Below are positions 1-9,569 of a stretch of 64,000 bases of DNA, in pieces (the first letter of the stretch is position 1; each line of letters begins with the position of its first letter). This DNA is from Candidatus Bathyarchaeota archaeon. GTDB lineage: Archaea; Thermoproteota; Bathyarchaeia; TCS64. Both the position numbers and the translations under genes were made by a program. A model generated the notes under the pieces. The model ran no database searches. It had not been told where the DNA came from and was given only the letters and a program-made list of their open reading frames with translations. The DNA is taken from NCBI GenBank assembly GCA_963769425.1, contig CAVYLP010000004.1:96001-160000 (forward strand). The letters are read 5' to 3'.

Positions 1-1
1 T

Positions 2-183
2 CATCACTGGACGGTTTTATATCCCTCAACAAGGAGCAGACTTTCGCTTCTCGTTAAGCCTCTTCTCAGGCTCCTCAAGGAGAGATCTGGGAGCATACTC
101 GTATCGAGTATCGTCCACGGATTACCCAACGCCATTGGAGAAGTTGCAAACTTCATCCTATGGCTAGGTCTTCAGATTAATGA
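2..183 (+). CDS. Possible 3' end of a CPBP/CAAX-family intramembrane protease (partial, end uncertain)
   Basis: Frame open from nt 2 reads ...KERSGSILVSSIVHGLPNAIGEVANFILWLG. This resembles the C-terminal SGS...HxxxN motif of CPBP proteases. Confidence 0.35.
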
Positions 184-255
184 TGGGGCTGGGTGCACCT
201 GCCCGCCCCCCCTGTGCATTTTTAAGCCCCCGGATGAGCCACATATGGTAGGCTA

Positions 256-1794
256 GTGAGATCTTTGAACCCCGAAGAAGTCGCATCGAGGCTTAACGAG
301 AACGAGAGGAAGATACTAGTCGCTCTAGGGGGTGGCGGTGCTTCCTCCACGACCGCCCTTAGCCAGGCCACTGGCCTCGGCAGGGACGCCGTCGAGAAGG
401 CCTCCGCTTGGGCGGAGACAAAGGGCGTCGTCAGCTTCAGGGAGGAGGTCTCACGGTTCTTTAGACTCACAAAGGAGGGGCAGAAGTACGCAGACGAGGG
501 GCTCCCCGAGAAGCAGCTCATAGAGGCCGCGGCGGGAGGCGACAACGAGTTGTCACACCTCAAGGGGGACATCCCCGCAATCAACATCGCCCTCGTCTGG
601 GTCCGCAGCAACGACTGGGCAACAATAAAGGGCGGGAGGGTCGAGCCAACCCCCGAGGGCGTAAAGGCGGCGAAGTCGGAGACTGTCGACGAGAAGATAC
701 TAAAGCGCCTCGCACAGGGAATGATCCCAGAGGGCAAACTCGGAGCGGAACTCGCCGCCCATATCCCGGTCCTCGCGAAGCGTGGTCTCGTCGAGGTCAA
801 GGATGAGACGGAGCGCTTCGTGGAGCTCACTCTGTTTGGTGTCGAGGTGCTTCCATTCGTCGAGGCGATTGCCTCGAGGCCAGTGATCACTCAGATCACA
901 CCTGAAGTGCTCCAGTCGGGCGCGTGGCGCGATGCCGTCATCCAGCATTACGACGTCAACCTTCCAGTACCGAACCTAACCCCGGGTAAGCGCCACTTCA
1001 TCAGTCAGATTATCGACTATATCCGCCGATTCTGGGTCGAGCTCGGATTCAAGGAGATGAAGGGTCACTACCTGGAGCTCAGCTTCTGGAACTTCGACGC
1101 TCTCTATCAGCCGCAGGACCACCCCGCCAGGGACCTCGCCGATACCTTCTACATGAAGACCCCTTACAGGGGCAGGCTCCCCGGGGGGAAACTCGTTGAG
1201 CAGGTTAAAGCGACCCATGAGAACGGCTGGACCACCGGCTCCACGGGCTGGCAGTACAAGTGGAACCCTGAGCTCGCGAGCCGCTGCGTCCTCAGGACTC
1301 ACACCACTAGCCTAAGCGTCCTCCAGCTCAGCAAGCTCAAGCCAGAGGACCTACCGGGGAAGTTCTTCAGTGTCGGCCGCGTCTTCCGCAACGAGGCGAT
1401 CGACTGGAACCACCTCGCCGAGTTCTACCAGACCGACGGCATAGTCGTCGGCGAGGACGTGACCTTCCGTGACATGCAGGGTTACCTCAAGGCGTACCTC
1501 GAGGGGCTGGGGCTGAAGAAGTTCAGGTTCCGCCCCGGGTACTTCCCCTACACAGAGATGAGCATGGAGGCGGAGGTCTGGATCGAGGAGCGCGGCGGCT
1601 GGATGGAGCTATTCGGCGCGGGGATGTTCCGCCCCGAGGTCGTCAAGCCACTGCTCGGTGTCGACGTACCCGTCCTCGCCTGGGGCCCCGGCTTCGACAG
1701 GCTCGTCATGCAGAGCTACCACGTAGACACGATCAAGGAGCTATACGGGAACGACATCGGGCTTCTCCGGAAGGCGAAGCTCTGGACGAGGTGA
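256..1794 (+). CDS. pheS: Phenylalanine-tRNA ligase alpha subunit (archaeal type)
   Basis: Motifs FWNFDALYQPQDHPARDLADTFY, LRTHTT, GRVFRNE, FPYTEMS, AWGPGFDRL; N-terminal winged-helix region. Confidence 0.97.
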   Translation: MRSLNPEEVASRLNENERKILVALGGGGASSTTALSQATGLGRDAVEKASAWAETKGVVSFREEVSRFFRLTKEGQKYADEGLPEKQLIEAAAGGDNELSHLKGDIPAINIALVWVRSNDWATIKGGRVEPTPEGVKAAKSETVDEKILKRLAQGMIPEGKLGAELAAHIPVLAKRGLVEVKDETERFVELTLFGVEVLPFVEAIASRPVITQITPEVLQSGAWRDAVIQHYDVNLPVPNLTPGKRHFISQIIDYIRRFWVELGFKEMKGHYLELSFWNFDALYQPQDHPARDLADTFYMKTPYRGRLPGGKLVEQVKATHENGWTTGSTGWQYKWNPELASRCVLRTHTTSLSVLQLSKLKPEDLPGKFFSVGRVFRNEAIDWNHLAEFYQTDGIVVGEDVTFRDMQGYLKAYLEGLGLKKFRFRPGYFPYTEMSMEAEVWIEERGGWMELFGAGMFRPEVVKPLLGVDVPVLAWGPGFDRLVMQSYHVDTIKELYGNDIGLLRKAKLWTR

Positions 1795-1799
1795 ATTAG

Positions 1800-3461
1800 A
1801 TGCCGGTAATTAATGTCAATCTAGCGGACCTCCGCGAGGTGCTCGGCAGGGATGTTCCGCTCGAGGAGCTTCAGGAGAAGCTACCGATGATGGGGACGAG
1901 CTGGGAGGGGCCGCACGAGGAGGGGTTCGCGCTAGAGATCTTCCCCAACCGCCCCGACCTGATGAGCACGGAGGGGCTCGCCCGCGCGTACGCGAGCTTC
2001 ACGGGCGAGAAGCCGGGGTTACGCCACTATAAGGTCAGGGACGCATCGTACGTCGCCGTCGTAGATGAGAAGACGCAGAAAATACGCCCATTCTTCGTCT
2101 GCGCTGTAGCGAAGGGCGTTGACTTCAGTGACTCACTCATACGCAGCATAATTCAGCTACAGGAGAAGCTCCACATCACACACGGGAGGAAGAGGCGAAA
2201 GGTCGCCATTGGGCTCCACAACCTGAAGCCGGTTCAGTTCCCCGTCACCTACACTACTAAGCCCCCGGAGTTCAAGTTCAGGCCACTCGGGGAGCGCTTC
2301 GACAAGGACCTCAAGTGGATGCTGACGGAGATGCCGAAGGGGGTCGAGTACGCTTGGATATTGGAGGGGGCGGAAGAGTACCCGATGATAATGGACGCGA
2401 AGGGGATGGTGCTCTCGATGCCGCCGATCATAAACGGTGAGTATACGCGCATTGACGAGGCGACCCGGGACATCTTCATCGACATCACGGGCACCGACAT
2501 GAAGGCGATAACGGAGACCCTTAACATCATCTGTACGACATTCGCGGATAGGGGCGCCGAGATATACAGCGTCGAGGTCATGTACCCCGATAAGGCCATC
2601 AAGACCCCGGACCTCAGCCCCCGGAAGTGGAGGCTCAGCAACAACTACATCAACAAGACCCTCGGGATCAAGCTAGGCCACGCGGAGACGGTGATGCTAC
2701 TCGGGAAGATGGGGCACGGCGCCGAGGTTGTGGGCGACGAGATAGATGTCTACGTCCCCTGTTACCGCACCGACATAATGCACCCCATAGACCTAGTCGA
2801 GGACGTCGCCATCGCCTACGGTTACGACAAGTTCGTCCCGAACATACCGCCGATCCACACGAAGGCGGGGGAGGACGAGCTAGAGATATTCAGCAGGTAC
2901 ATCCGCAACTTCCTCATAGGCTTCGGCCACATGGAGGTCGTCACCTTCATGCTGAGCAACAGGGAGAAGCTCTTTGCCAAGATGAATATCGCCGAGGAGT
3001 CGGTGGCGGAGGTGGAGAACCCGAAGATGGAGGGCTATAACGTCCTCCGCAACAGGCTCCTACCTAGCCTCATGGAGGTACTGAGTGTGAACAAGCATCA
3101 CCCGTACCCTCAGAGCCTCTACGAGGTGGATGACGTGATCCTACTCGATGACAAAACGGACATCGGTGCAAGGAGTGCGCGCCGCCTGGCTGTGGTCCAG
3201 TGCCACGCGAAGGCGAGCTTCAGCGACATTAAGGCGATGATGAACTCGATCCTCGAGAACCTCGAGGTTAGGGCAGAGGTGGAGGCGGGTGGCTGGGACT
3301 GCTTCGTCGATGGTAGGAGGCTGGTCGCGAGCGTGAACGGGGAGCCACTCTGCTGGGCGGGGGAGATCAGGCCGGAGAGCCTTGAGGCGTGGGGGCTTGA
3401 GATGCCCGTGGTCGCCCTTGAGATGGATGTCGAGCTCCTCAAGAGGGTCGTTAAATCTTAG
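1800..3461 (+). CDS. pheT: Phenylalanine-tRNA ligase beta subunit
   Basis: NRPDLMSTEGLAR, QEKLH..GRKRRKVAIGLH, PCYRTDIMHPIDLVEDVAIAYGY; directly follows pheS. Confidence 0.97.
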   Translation: MPVINVNLADLREVLGRDVPLEELQEKLPMMGTSWEGPHEEGFALEIFPNRPDLMSTEGLARAYASFTGEKPGLRHYKVRDASYVAVVDEKTQKIRPFFVCAVAKGVDFSDSLIRSIIQLQEKLHITHGRKRRKVAIGLHNLKPVQFPVTYTTKPPEFKFRPLGERFDKDLKWMLTEMPKGVEYAWILEGAEEYPMIMDAKGMVLSMPPIINGEYTRIDEATRDIFIDITGTDMKAITETLNIICTTFADRGAEIYSVEVMYPDKAIKTPDLSPRKWRLSNNYINKTLGIKLGHAETVMLLGKMGHGAEVVGDEIDVYVPCYRTDIMHPIDLVEDVAIAYGYDKFVPNIPPIHTKAGEDELEIFSRYIRNFLIGFGHMEVVTFMLSNREKLFAKMNIAEESVAEVENPKMEGYNVLRNRLLPSLMEVLSVNKHHPYPQSLYEVDDVILLDDKTDIGARSARRLAVVQCHAKASFSDIKAMMNSILENLEVRAEVEAGGWDCFVDGRRLVASVNGEPLCWAGEIRPESLEAWGLEMPVVALEMDVELLKRVVKS

Positions 3462-3966
3462 GTTTCTTCGCCTTCTCCACTATTTCGTTTATGAACTCTG
3501 TCTTTCCGTCTGTGTAGGCGACCCTGTCGTTTCGGTACTTCACGGCGAGTCTGGTCTTCAACTCCCTGTAGGCTTCGGCGTCGGCTGGGTGGGTTCGTAG
3601 CCAGTCTCGGAAGAGGATGTGTTTGAGGTGGTGGGGGCTCCCCTCCCTGACGAGGTGTAGATGGAAGCCGGGGACGTGGGTGGTTTTTGCTAGGCAGTAG
3701 TACCAGTCGGGGTTGTCCCCCGTTGAGGCGTCATCATATCCGAGGGGCTTGAGGAGCGCCCTGCACTTCTCGGCGTCGTCTCGCCCGTCTACGCCGGCGA
3801 TGATGTCGATGATGGGTTTCGCCCAGAGGCCTGGGACGCTAGTGCTCCCGACGTGTTCGAGAGAACGTATAATCCCGCCGACCGTTCCTTGGATGAGCTT
3901 GCTCTCCTCCTCGTAGATCCTCGGCCACGCGAGGTCGTAGGGGGCGATGACGACGGGTCTGGGCAT
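3451..3966 (-). CDS. GrpB/UPF0157 family nucleotidyltransferase-fold protein
   Basis: HVGSTSVPGLWAKPIIDI, FRDWLRTHP..A.AY..LK, YTDGKTEFI. Confidence 0.9.
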   Translation of the reverse strand: MPRPVVIAPYDLAWPRIYEEESKLIQGTVGGIIRSLEHVGSTSVPGLWAKPIIDIIAGVDGRDDAEKCRALLKPLGYDDASTGDNPDWYYCLAKTTHVPGFHLHLVREGSPHHLKHILFRDWLRTHPADAEAYRELKTRLAVKYRNDRVAYTDGKTEFINEIVEKAKKPKI

Positions 3967-3968
3967 GG

Positions 3969-4907
3969 TTGCCAGTATCCTTGGTTCTCTTTTATAGCTC
4001 TTGGCGCAATATTCAGGGGATCGATTTGGGTGAGAGACCCGTTGTCCCGCCGAACCTTGTGCTGCTGGTTAGCATAGTGGCGGTCTCAACGGCCTCCGTC
4101 CTGATCCGGTTGACGGCTGCGCCACCGATGGCCATCGCGACGTGGCGCCTCGCCCTCTCGACGCTGATGCTGCTGCCCTTCTTTCTGGGTCGCGGCGGGG
4201 TCTCGAAGCTGCGATCCATGGGGAGGGGTGACCTACTTATGCTGGTCGGGGTAGGATTCGTCCTCGCCGTCCACTTCGCGACGTGGATCACGAGCCTGAG
4301 CCTCACTTCGGTGGCGAGTTCGGTGATCTTCGTCCACGTGGACCCAATCTTCGTGGCGGTTGTGAGCCACTTCCTCCTCGGGGAGAGGGTGAGCAGGCGC
4401 GTCGCATTGGGCATTGGAGTCGCCTTCGTGGGGGCGTCGATTATTGCCGTCGGTGACATGGGCCTCGGCGGGGGTAATCTGATGGGGGATGCGTTATCAC
4501 TCATCGGCGCGATCGCGCTTGGAGTCTACATCTTGGCGGGGAGGAGGCTCAGGCAGAGGCTCGACCTGACAACGTACGTCACGCCGGTGTACGCGGTCTC
4601 GGCGATCGTGCTTGCTTTTGGGAGCTTCGTCGTCGGGGCTCCGCTTGTAGGTTACGACTCGGGTGTGTTCCTGATGTTCTTCGCCATCGCCCTAGTCCCG
4701 ATGATATTCGGGCATACCCTCTACAACTGGGCGTTGAAGTGGATAACGGCACCAGTGGTGAGCATCAGCCTCCTCGGGGAGCCCGTTGGGGCCTCGATAC
4801 TCGCGTTCTTTATCCTCGGAGAGTCCCCAGGCGTCCTCACGCTCGTCGGCGGGGCCGTGACGCTGGTGGGGATACTCGTCTGCGCCTACCAACCCGCGAG
4901 TAAGTAA
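3969..4907 (+). CDS. DMT/EamA family transporter (true start probably ~4026)
   Basis: About 10 hydrophobic helices in two EamA halves; LGERV, EPVGASILAFFILGE. Confidence 0.9.
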   Translation: MPVSLVLFYSSWRNIQGIDLGERPVVPPNLVLLVSIVAVSTASVLIRLTAAPPMAIATWRLALSTLMLLPFFLGRGGVSKLRSMGRGDLLMLVGVGFVLAVHFATWITSLSLTSVASSVIFVHVDPIFVAVVSHFLLGERVSRRVALGIGVAFVGASIIAVGDMGLGGGNLMGDALSLIGAIALGVYILAGRRLRQRLDLTTYVTPVYAVSAIVLAFGSFVVGAPLVGYDSGVFLMFFAIALVPMIFGHTLYNWALKWITAPVVSISLLGEPVGASILAFFILGESPGVLTLVGGAVTLVGILVCAYQPASK

Positions 4908-4972
4908 ATATTCAGCGCATCGGGAGTGGGAAACGAAATAAACTCTGTTGTGTTTAGATACCTCGATCGTTA

Positions 4973-5899
4973 ATGGTGTTCAAGGGCAAGTTCAAGGGCA
5001 TACTCTGTCTCCCCGTCACCCCGCTAGTCTCAGGTGGGGACAGTATCGATGAGGAGGCGATGCGCCGCATCGTCGACGTAATAATCGAGGATGGAGCCGA
5101 CGCACTAGTCCCAGTGGGTGCAACGGGCGAGTTTCCCTACCTCCTCCACGAGGAGAGGAAGAGGGTCATCGACATCACCGTTGACCAGGCGAACGGGCGC
5201 GTCCCCGTCATCGCCGGGACAGGTGCGCTCTCGACGAAGGAGGCCAGGATGTTCACACAGTACGCGAAGGACGTTGGCTGCGCCGGCGTCCTGCTCAGCC
5301 ATCCCCTCATGGTGCGGGCAAACGACCACGAGACCTACCACCACTTCGAGGCTATAGCCACGAAGGTGGACATACCTATCATTCTCTACAACAACCCCGG
5401 CTTCGGCGCCTCGATAAGCCCGAGCGTCGTCGCCCGCCTAGCCGAGAACTTCGACAACGTCGTCGGCTACAAGGAGGACGACTTCTTCAGCCTACGCTAC
5501 TCGGACATCATCTGGAGGGTACGCGAGAAGATCGCCGTCTACACGGGCAGCCCATCCGCCTACCTCGCCTTCCTCGCGCAGGGGGCAACGGGCGCACTCA
5601 TCGCCGAGTTCCAGGCCTTCCCCCATATAATGCTCGGCCTCAAGAACGCGTGGGAGAAGAAGGACATGAAGAAGGCCCTCTACTACCACGAGTTAATCGT
5701 GAAGATGTTCAACATCATCGACACCAACTTCGGCTCCGCGAGCTTCTGGGGCAGGTACAAGGCGATCTGGAGGCTCAGGGGGGTCGACATGGAGCTGGAT
5801 GTAAGGGACCCATGCACCCCGGTGACGCCGGAGCAGCTCGAGAAGGCGGCCCCGGAGTTCATGAAGCTCGACATCGAGAAGACTTGGTTCATGGGCTAG
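4973..5899 (+). CDS. DHDPS/DapA-family class I aldolase or dehydratase
   Basis: GATGE motif, ILYNNP (Tyr), VVGYKED (Schiff-base Lys). Confidence 0.88.
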   Translation: MVFKGKFKGILCLPVTPLVSGGDSIDEEAMRRIVDVIIEDGADALVPVGATGEFPYLLHEERKRVIDITVDQANGRVPVIAGTGALSTKEARMFTQYAKDVGCAGVLLSHPLMVRANDHETYHHFEAIATKVDIPIILYNNPGFGASISPSVVARLAENFDNVVGYKEDDFFSLRYSDIIWRVREKIAVYTGSPSAYLAFLAQGATGALIAEFQAFPHIMLGLKNAWEKKDMKKALYYHELIVKMFNIIDTNFGSASFWGRYKAIWRLRGVDMELDVRDPCTPVTPEQLEKAAPEFMKLDIEKTWFMG

Positions 5900-5953
5900 A
5901 CGCGGTCCGGGGAACCTTTCATATTCCCTGACCTCCCTTTTTCTTAGATCAAC

Positions 5954-7168
5954 ATGGCTGATGTCAAGATTCTAAAGGAGAAGGTCAAGGGCGAGGTGGA
6001 CGCGATTCTCCCCCGCCTCGTCGAGATGAGCGACTGGATAGGCAAGCACCCCGAGCTCGGCAGCGAGGAGGTTGAATCGTCGAAGTTCCTAGCCGCTGAG
6101 CTAAAGAAGCACGGCTTCAAGGTTGAGATGGGTGTCCAGGGGATGCCCACGGCATTCAAGGCGGTGATGAAGGGCAAGGGGAAGGGCCCCACGATCGCCT
6201 TCCTCTGCGAGTACGACGCCCTGCCAGGCATCGGGCACGGCTGCGGTCACAACATCATAGGCACATCCGGCCTCGGCGCAGGCATCGCGGTCTCCAAGCT
6301 GATGAAGGATATGCCCGGGGAGCTCTGGGTCGTCGGCACCCCCGCGGAGGAGGGGCACGGCCCGAGCAGCAGCGCCAAGAAGAAGATGGCGGAGGCCGGC
6401 TTCTTCAAGGGCGTCGACGCGGTTATGATGATCCACCCGATGGGTAACAGCAAGATGACGGTGGCGACGGGCTTCCTCGCCATCACAGGCATCAACATCG
6501 TCTTCTCTGGCAGGACGGCGCACGCCGCCGCAGACCCCTACAACGGACTGAACGCACTCAACGCCGCGGTCCTATGCTACATGGCCATACACGCCAACAG
6601 GCAGCAGTTGAAGCGTGGAGCCAACCCCGTCGTCCACGGCATCATAACCGAGGGGGGCCTCGCCAACAACATCATCCCCGATCGCGCCGTCATGCAGTTC
6701 GGCGTACGCAGCAGCGACGACTCCTACATCCCCACGCTTGTGGAGATGGTGGAGAACTCCGCCAAGGGTGCCGCCATCGCCACCGGTTGCGAGGTTAAGG
6801 TCACAGTCAGCCCCGGCCTCAAGTCAAACGTCAGGAACCCACCGCTCGAGAAGCTCTTCGTCAAAGAGTTCAAGGAACTGGGCGTCGAGGCGGAAGACCC
6901 CGACTACACAGCGGCGCAGCCTCCGGGCGGTAGCACCGACTTCACCGACCTCAGCCACGTCGTCCCCGGAATGCATGCAATGGTCGGCTTCACCAAGGCT
7001 GAAGTATCTGGGCACAGTCGTGAACTCTGCGCCGCCACGATGACTGAGGAGGGACACAGGGGCATCGAGATAGGCGCGAAGGTCCTCGCCCTCGCCGGCG
7101 TCGAGGTCCTCTCAGATGCGAAGCTGCGCGCCGAAATCAAGGAAGCCTTCGACAAGGCGAAGAAGTGA
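5954..7168 (+). CDS. M20 family amidohydrolase (ACY1L2-like)
   Basis: HPELG.EE, EYDALPGIGHGCGHN, GTPAEE, GSTD. Confidence 0.9.
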   Translation: MADVKILKEKVKGEVDAILPRLVEMSDWIGKHPELGSEEVESSKFLAAELKKHGFKVEMGVQGMPTAFKAVMKGKGKGPTIAFLCEYDALPGIGHGCGHNIIGTSGLGAGIAVSKLMKDMPGELWVVGTPAEEGHGPSSSAKKKMAEAGFFKGVDAVMMIHPMGNSKMTVATGFLAITGINIVFSGRTAHAAADPYNGLNALNAAVLCYMAIHANRQQLKRGANPVVHGIITEGGLANNIIPDRAVMQFGVRSSDDSYIPTLVEMVENSAKGAAIATGCEVKVTVSPGLKSNVRNPPLEKLFVKEFKELGVEAEDPDYTAAQPPGGSTDFTDLSHVVPGMHAMVGFTKAEVSGHSRELCAATMTEEGHRGIEIGAKVLALAGVEVLSDAKLRAEIKEAFDKAKK

Positions 7169-7222
7169 CCCCAGATCAGCCCCCAAACCCTAAATACGCT
7201 CCGGCTCAACCTAGTTGAACCG

Positions 7223-7987
7223 GTGACTGTTATGAAGAACGAGTTCAAGCGGATGATGAAGGCTGGGAAGCAGGGCTTCGGCACATGGATTACGGTCGAG
7301 AGCCCCATGTGCGCCGAGATGATGAGCAGCATGGGCTTCGACTACTTCGTGCTCGACAACGAGCACAGCCCACTCGACATACTGAACATCCAGACGCTCA
7401 TGCAGGCCTTCCGCCCCGACTCGAAGACGAGCCCCATAGTCCGCCCCTGGTGGAACGACATGGTGGCCATCAAGCGCGCACTCGACATCGGCGCCCAGGG
7501 ACTCCTCATCCCGTGGATCAACACCCCCGAGCAGGCTAAGGCCGCTGTCAGTTACACGCGCTACGGCCCGAAGGGCCTCCGCGGCTGTGGCCCGCGCCGC
7601 GCCGCGATGTTCGACCCCGACTACCTGAAGACCGCGGACGACGAGATATTCGTCGCCGTCCAGATCGAGACGAAGGAGGCGGTGAAGAACATCGACGCCA
7701 TATGCTCGGTCGAGGGTGTTGACTGCGCCTACATCGGCCCCGCCGACCTCTCCGCCAGCCTCGGCCACATCGGCGACTTCACCAAGAAGGACGAGCAGGA
7801 CGCCATCGACAAGGTCTACGACGCGTGCAAGGCACACGGCGTCGCCGCCGGCATCCACGAGGGATGCGGGAAGCCCCTCAAGGAGCGCATCCAGAAGGGC
7901 TACAACATGGTGACGTGTGGAAACGACCTCGTCTACATGAAGATGGGCGTCCAGAACCAGTTCAAGGAACTGGGGATAAAGAAGTAA
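7223..7987 (+). CDS. HpcH/HpaI family class II aldolase
   Basis: LDNEHS, KRALDIGAQG, QIET, IGPADLS. Confidence 0.9.
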   Translation: MTVMKNEFKRMMKAGKQGFGTWITVESPMCAEMMSSMGFDYFVLDNEHSPLDILNIQTLMQAFRPDSKTSPIVRPWWNDMVAIKRALDIGAQGLLIPWINTPEQAKAAVSYTRYGPKGLRGCGPRRAAMFDPDYLKTADDEIFVAVQIETKEAVKNIDAICSVEGVDCAYIGPADLSASLGHIGDFTKKDEQDAIDKVYDACKAHGVAAGIHEGCGKPLKERIQKGYNMVTCGNDLVYMKMGVQNQFKELGIKK

Positions 7988-8010
7988 CCGGGTCGCCCTT
8001 ATTCCAAACG

Positions 8011-8038
8011 GACACGGAGCGACGGCTCCGCGTCTTTT
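8011..8038 (+). terminator. Hairpin plus T-tract downstream of the aldolase gene
   Basis: GACACGGAGC-GACG-GCTCCGCGTC (9 of 10 bp paired) followed by TTTT. The T-run overlaps a TATA-like box for the next gene. Confidence 0.35.
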
Positions 8039-8065
8039 ATATAATCTGAGGTTTTCTCCAACCTC

Positions 8066-8617
8066 ATGACTAATGTTGGCGGGAAAGCTGCGCTTGTGAT
8101 AATCGACGTCCAGTGCGCCTTCTTCACGAAGGAGTACGGCGTCGAGGCCTACAACGCGGAGGAGTACCTGTCGAGGATCAAGGGGCTGATCACGAGGGCG
8201 AGGGAGGCCAGCGTGCCAGTCATATTCGTCCAGCACGACGGTGCCAAGGGGACGCCCTTCGAGCCGGGTACGCCCGGCTGGCCCATAAACCCCGAAATAG
8301 CCCCCCGCCCGGGCGAGCTCGTCGTCCACAAGCCCACCCCCGACGCCTTCTACAAGACGACCCTGCAGTCCGAGCTGGACGCCCGCGGCATAAAGAAGCT
8401 GATAGTCGCGGGCATGCAGAGCGATTGGTGCGTCGACACGACCGTCCGCAGGGCATACAGCCTCGAGTACGATGTCACCGTCGCCGAGGACGCCCACACC
8501 ACCTACTACGATGGCGTCATCGAGGCGCCCCAGATAATCGCCCACCACAACAACATCTTCGGTGGCAGATTCGCCAAACTCGTCAAGGCCCAGGACATCA
8601 ACTTCACCAAACTCTAA
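8066..8617 (+). CDS. Isochorismatase-like cysteine hydrolase
   Basis: ALVIIDVQ, K...DAF, AGMQSDWCVDTT catalytic triad pattern. Confidence 0.9.
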   Translation: MTNVGGKAALVIIDVQCAFFTKEYGVEAYNAEEYLSRIKGLITRAREASVPVIFVQHDGAKGTPFEPGTPGWPINPEIAPRPGELVVHKPTPDAFYKTTLQSELDARGIKKLIVAGMQSDWCVDTTVRRAYSLEYDVTVAEDAHTTYYDGVIEAPQIIAHHNNIFGGRFAKLVKAQDINFTKL

Positions 8618-8719
8618 ACGGAACAGAAGTCAGATGCTTCCGAACAAACGACTAATCGAAAAACCAACCAAACTAGCCAATTCTTAATAACAAGCTAAAA
8701 CAACCAAACACCGAACTAA

Positions 8720-9529
8720 ATGGTCGGCACCGTAGCAGTCATCGGCGCAGGAGTCATCGGCGGAGCCATAGTCAAATGCCTCCAAGAATCCGAAGAAGTC
8801 GGAAAAGTCATCGCCACCCGCCGAAGCCTCGAAGCCCTCAAACCACTAAAAGAACTCGGCGCCGAGGTCACCACAGACAACAAGGCAGCAGCCAAGAAGG
8901 CGGACATCATCTTCCTCTGCGTCAAACCCAACGACGTCGCCACCGTCCTCCAGGGCATCGAGGACGAGATCGAGGGTAAGCTAGTCATCAGCACAGCCGC
9001 CATCATCCCACTGGAGTACTACAGCGACGTCGCACCAGGTGCAAGATACGTCCGCAGCATGCCTAACATCGCCGCCCTCGCAGGCGAGAGCTTCACAGCA
9101 TACGCCTGCGACCTAAAGGTCACAGCAGACGACAGAGCCAACGTCAAGGCCTTACTAGACACCATGGGCACATGCACCGAGGTCGAGGAGAAGTACATGG
9201 ACGCCATCACCGGCCTCACCGGAAGCGGCCCAGCCTTCGTCGCCATAGTCATCGACGCCCTCATGTTTGCCGGCCTCAAAGTAGGACTCCCAAGGGAGCT
9301 AAGCCTAAGAGGCGCCGCACAATCAGTCCTAGGCGCCGCGAAACTCGTCCTCGACGGCACCATGAAGCCGACCGAGATAGCAGAGATGGTCACGACCCCT
9401 GGAGGCACCACAATCGACGGCATCTACGAGATAGAGGACGGAAAACTCCGCACCGCCCTCATGAACGCTGTCGAAGCAGCGACGAAGAAGAGCGCCAACA
9501 TGCGCTTCAAGTGGGAGAAGAGCGAGTAA
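8720..9529 (+). CDS. proC: Pyrroline-5-carboxylate reductase
   Basis: IGAGVIG, LCVKP, RSMPN, GSGPAF, VTTPGGTTIDG. Confidence 0.93.
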   Translation: MVGTVAVIGAGVIGGAIVKCLQESEEVGKVIATRRSLEALKPLKELGAEVTTDNKAAAKKADIIFLCVKPNDVATVLQGIEDEIEGKLVISTAAIIPLEYYSDVAPGARYVRSMPNIAALAGESFTAYACDLKVTADDRANVKALLDTMGTCTEVEEKYMDAITGLTGSGPAFVAIVIDALMFAGLKVGLPRELSLRGAAQSVLGAAKLVLDGTMKPTEIAEMVTTPGGTTIDGIYEIEDGKLRTALMNAVEAATKKSANMRFKWEKSE

Positions 9530-9569
9530 AGAAGCTGTTAAATCCACTACTCGCACCATCTTTCCTCTA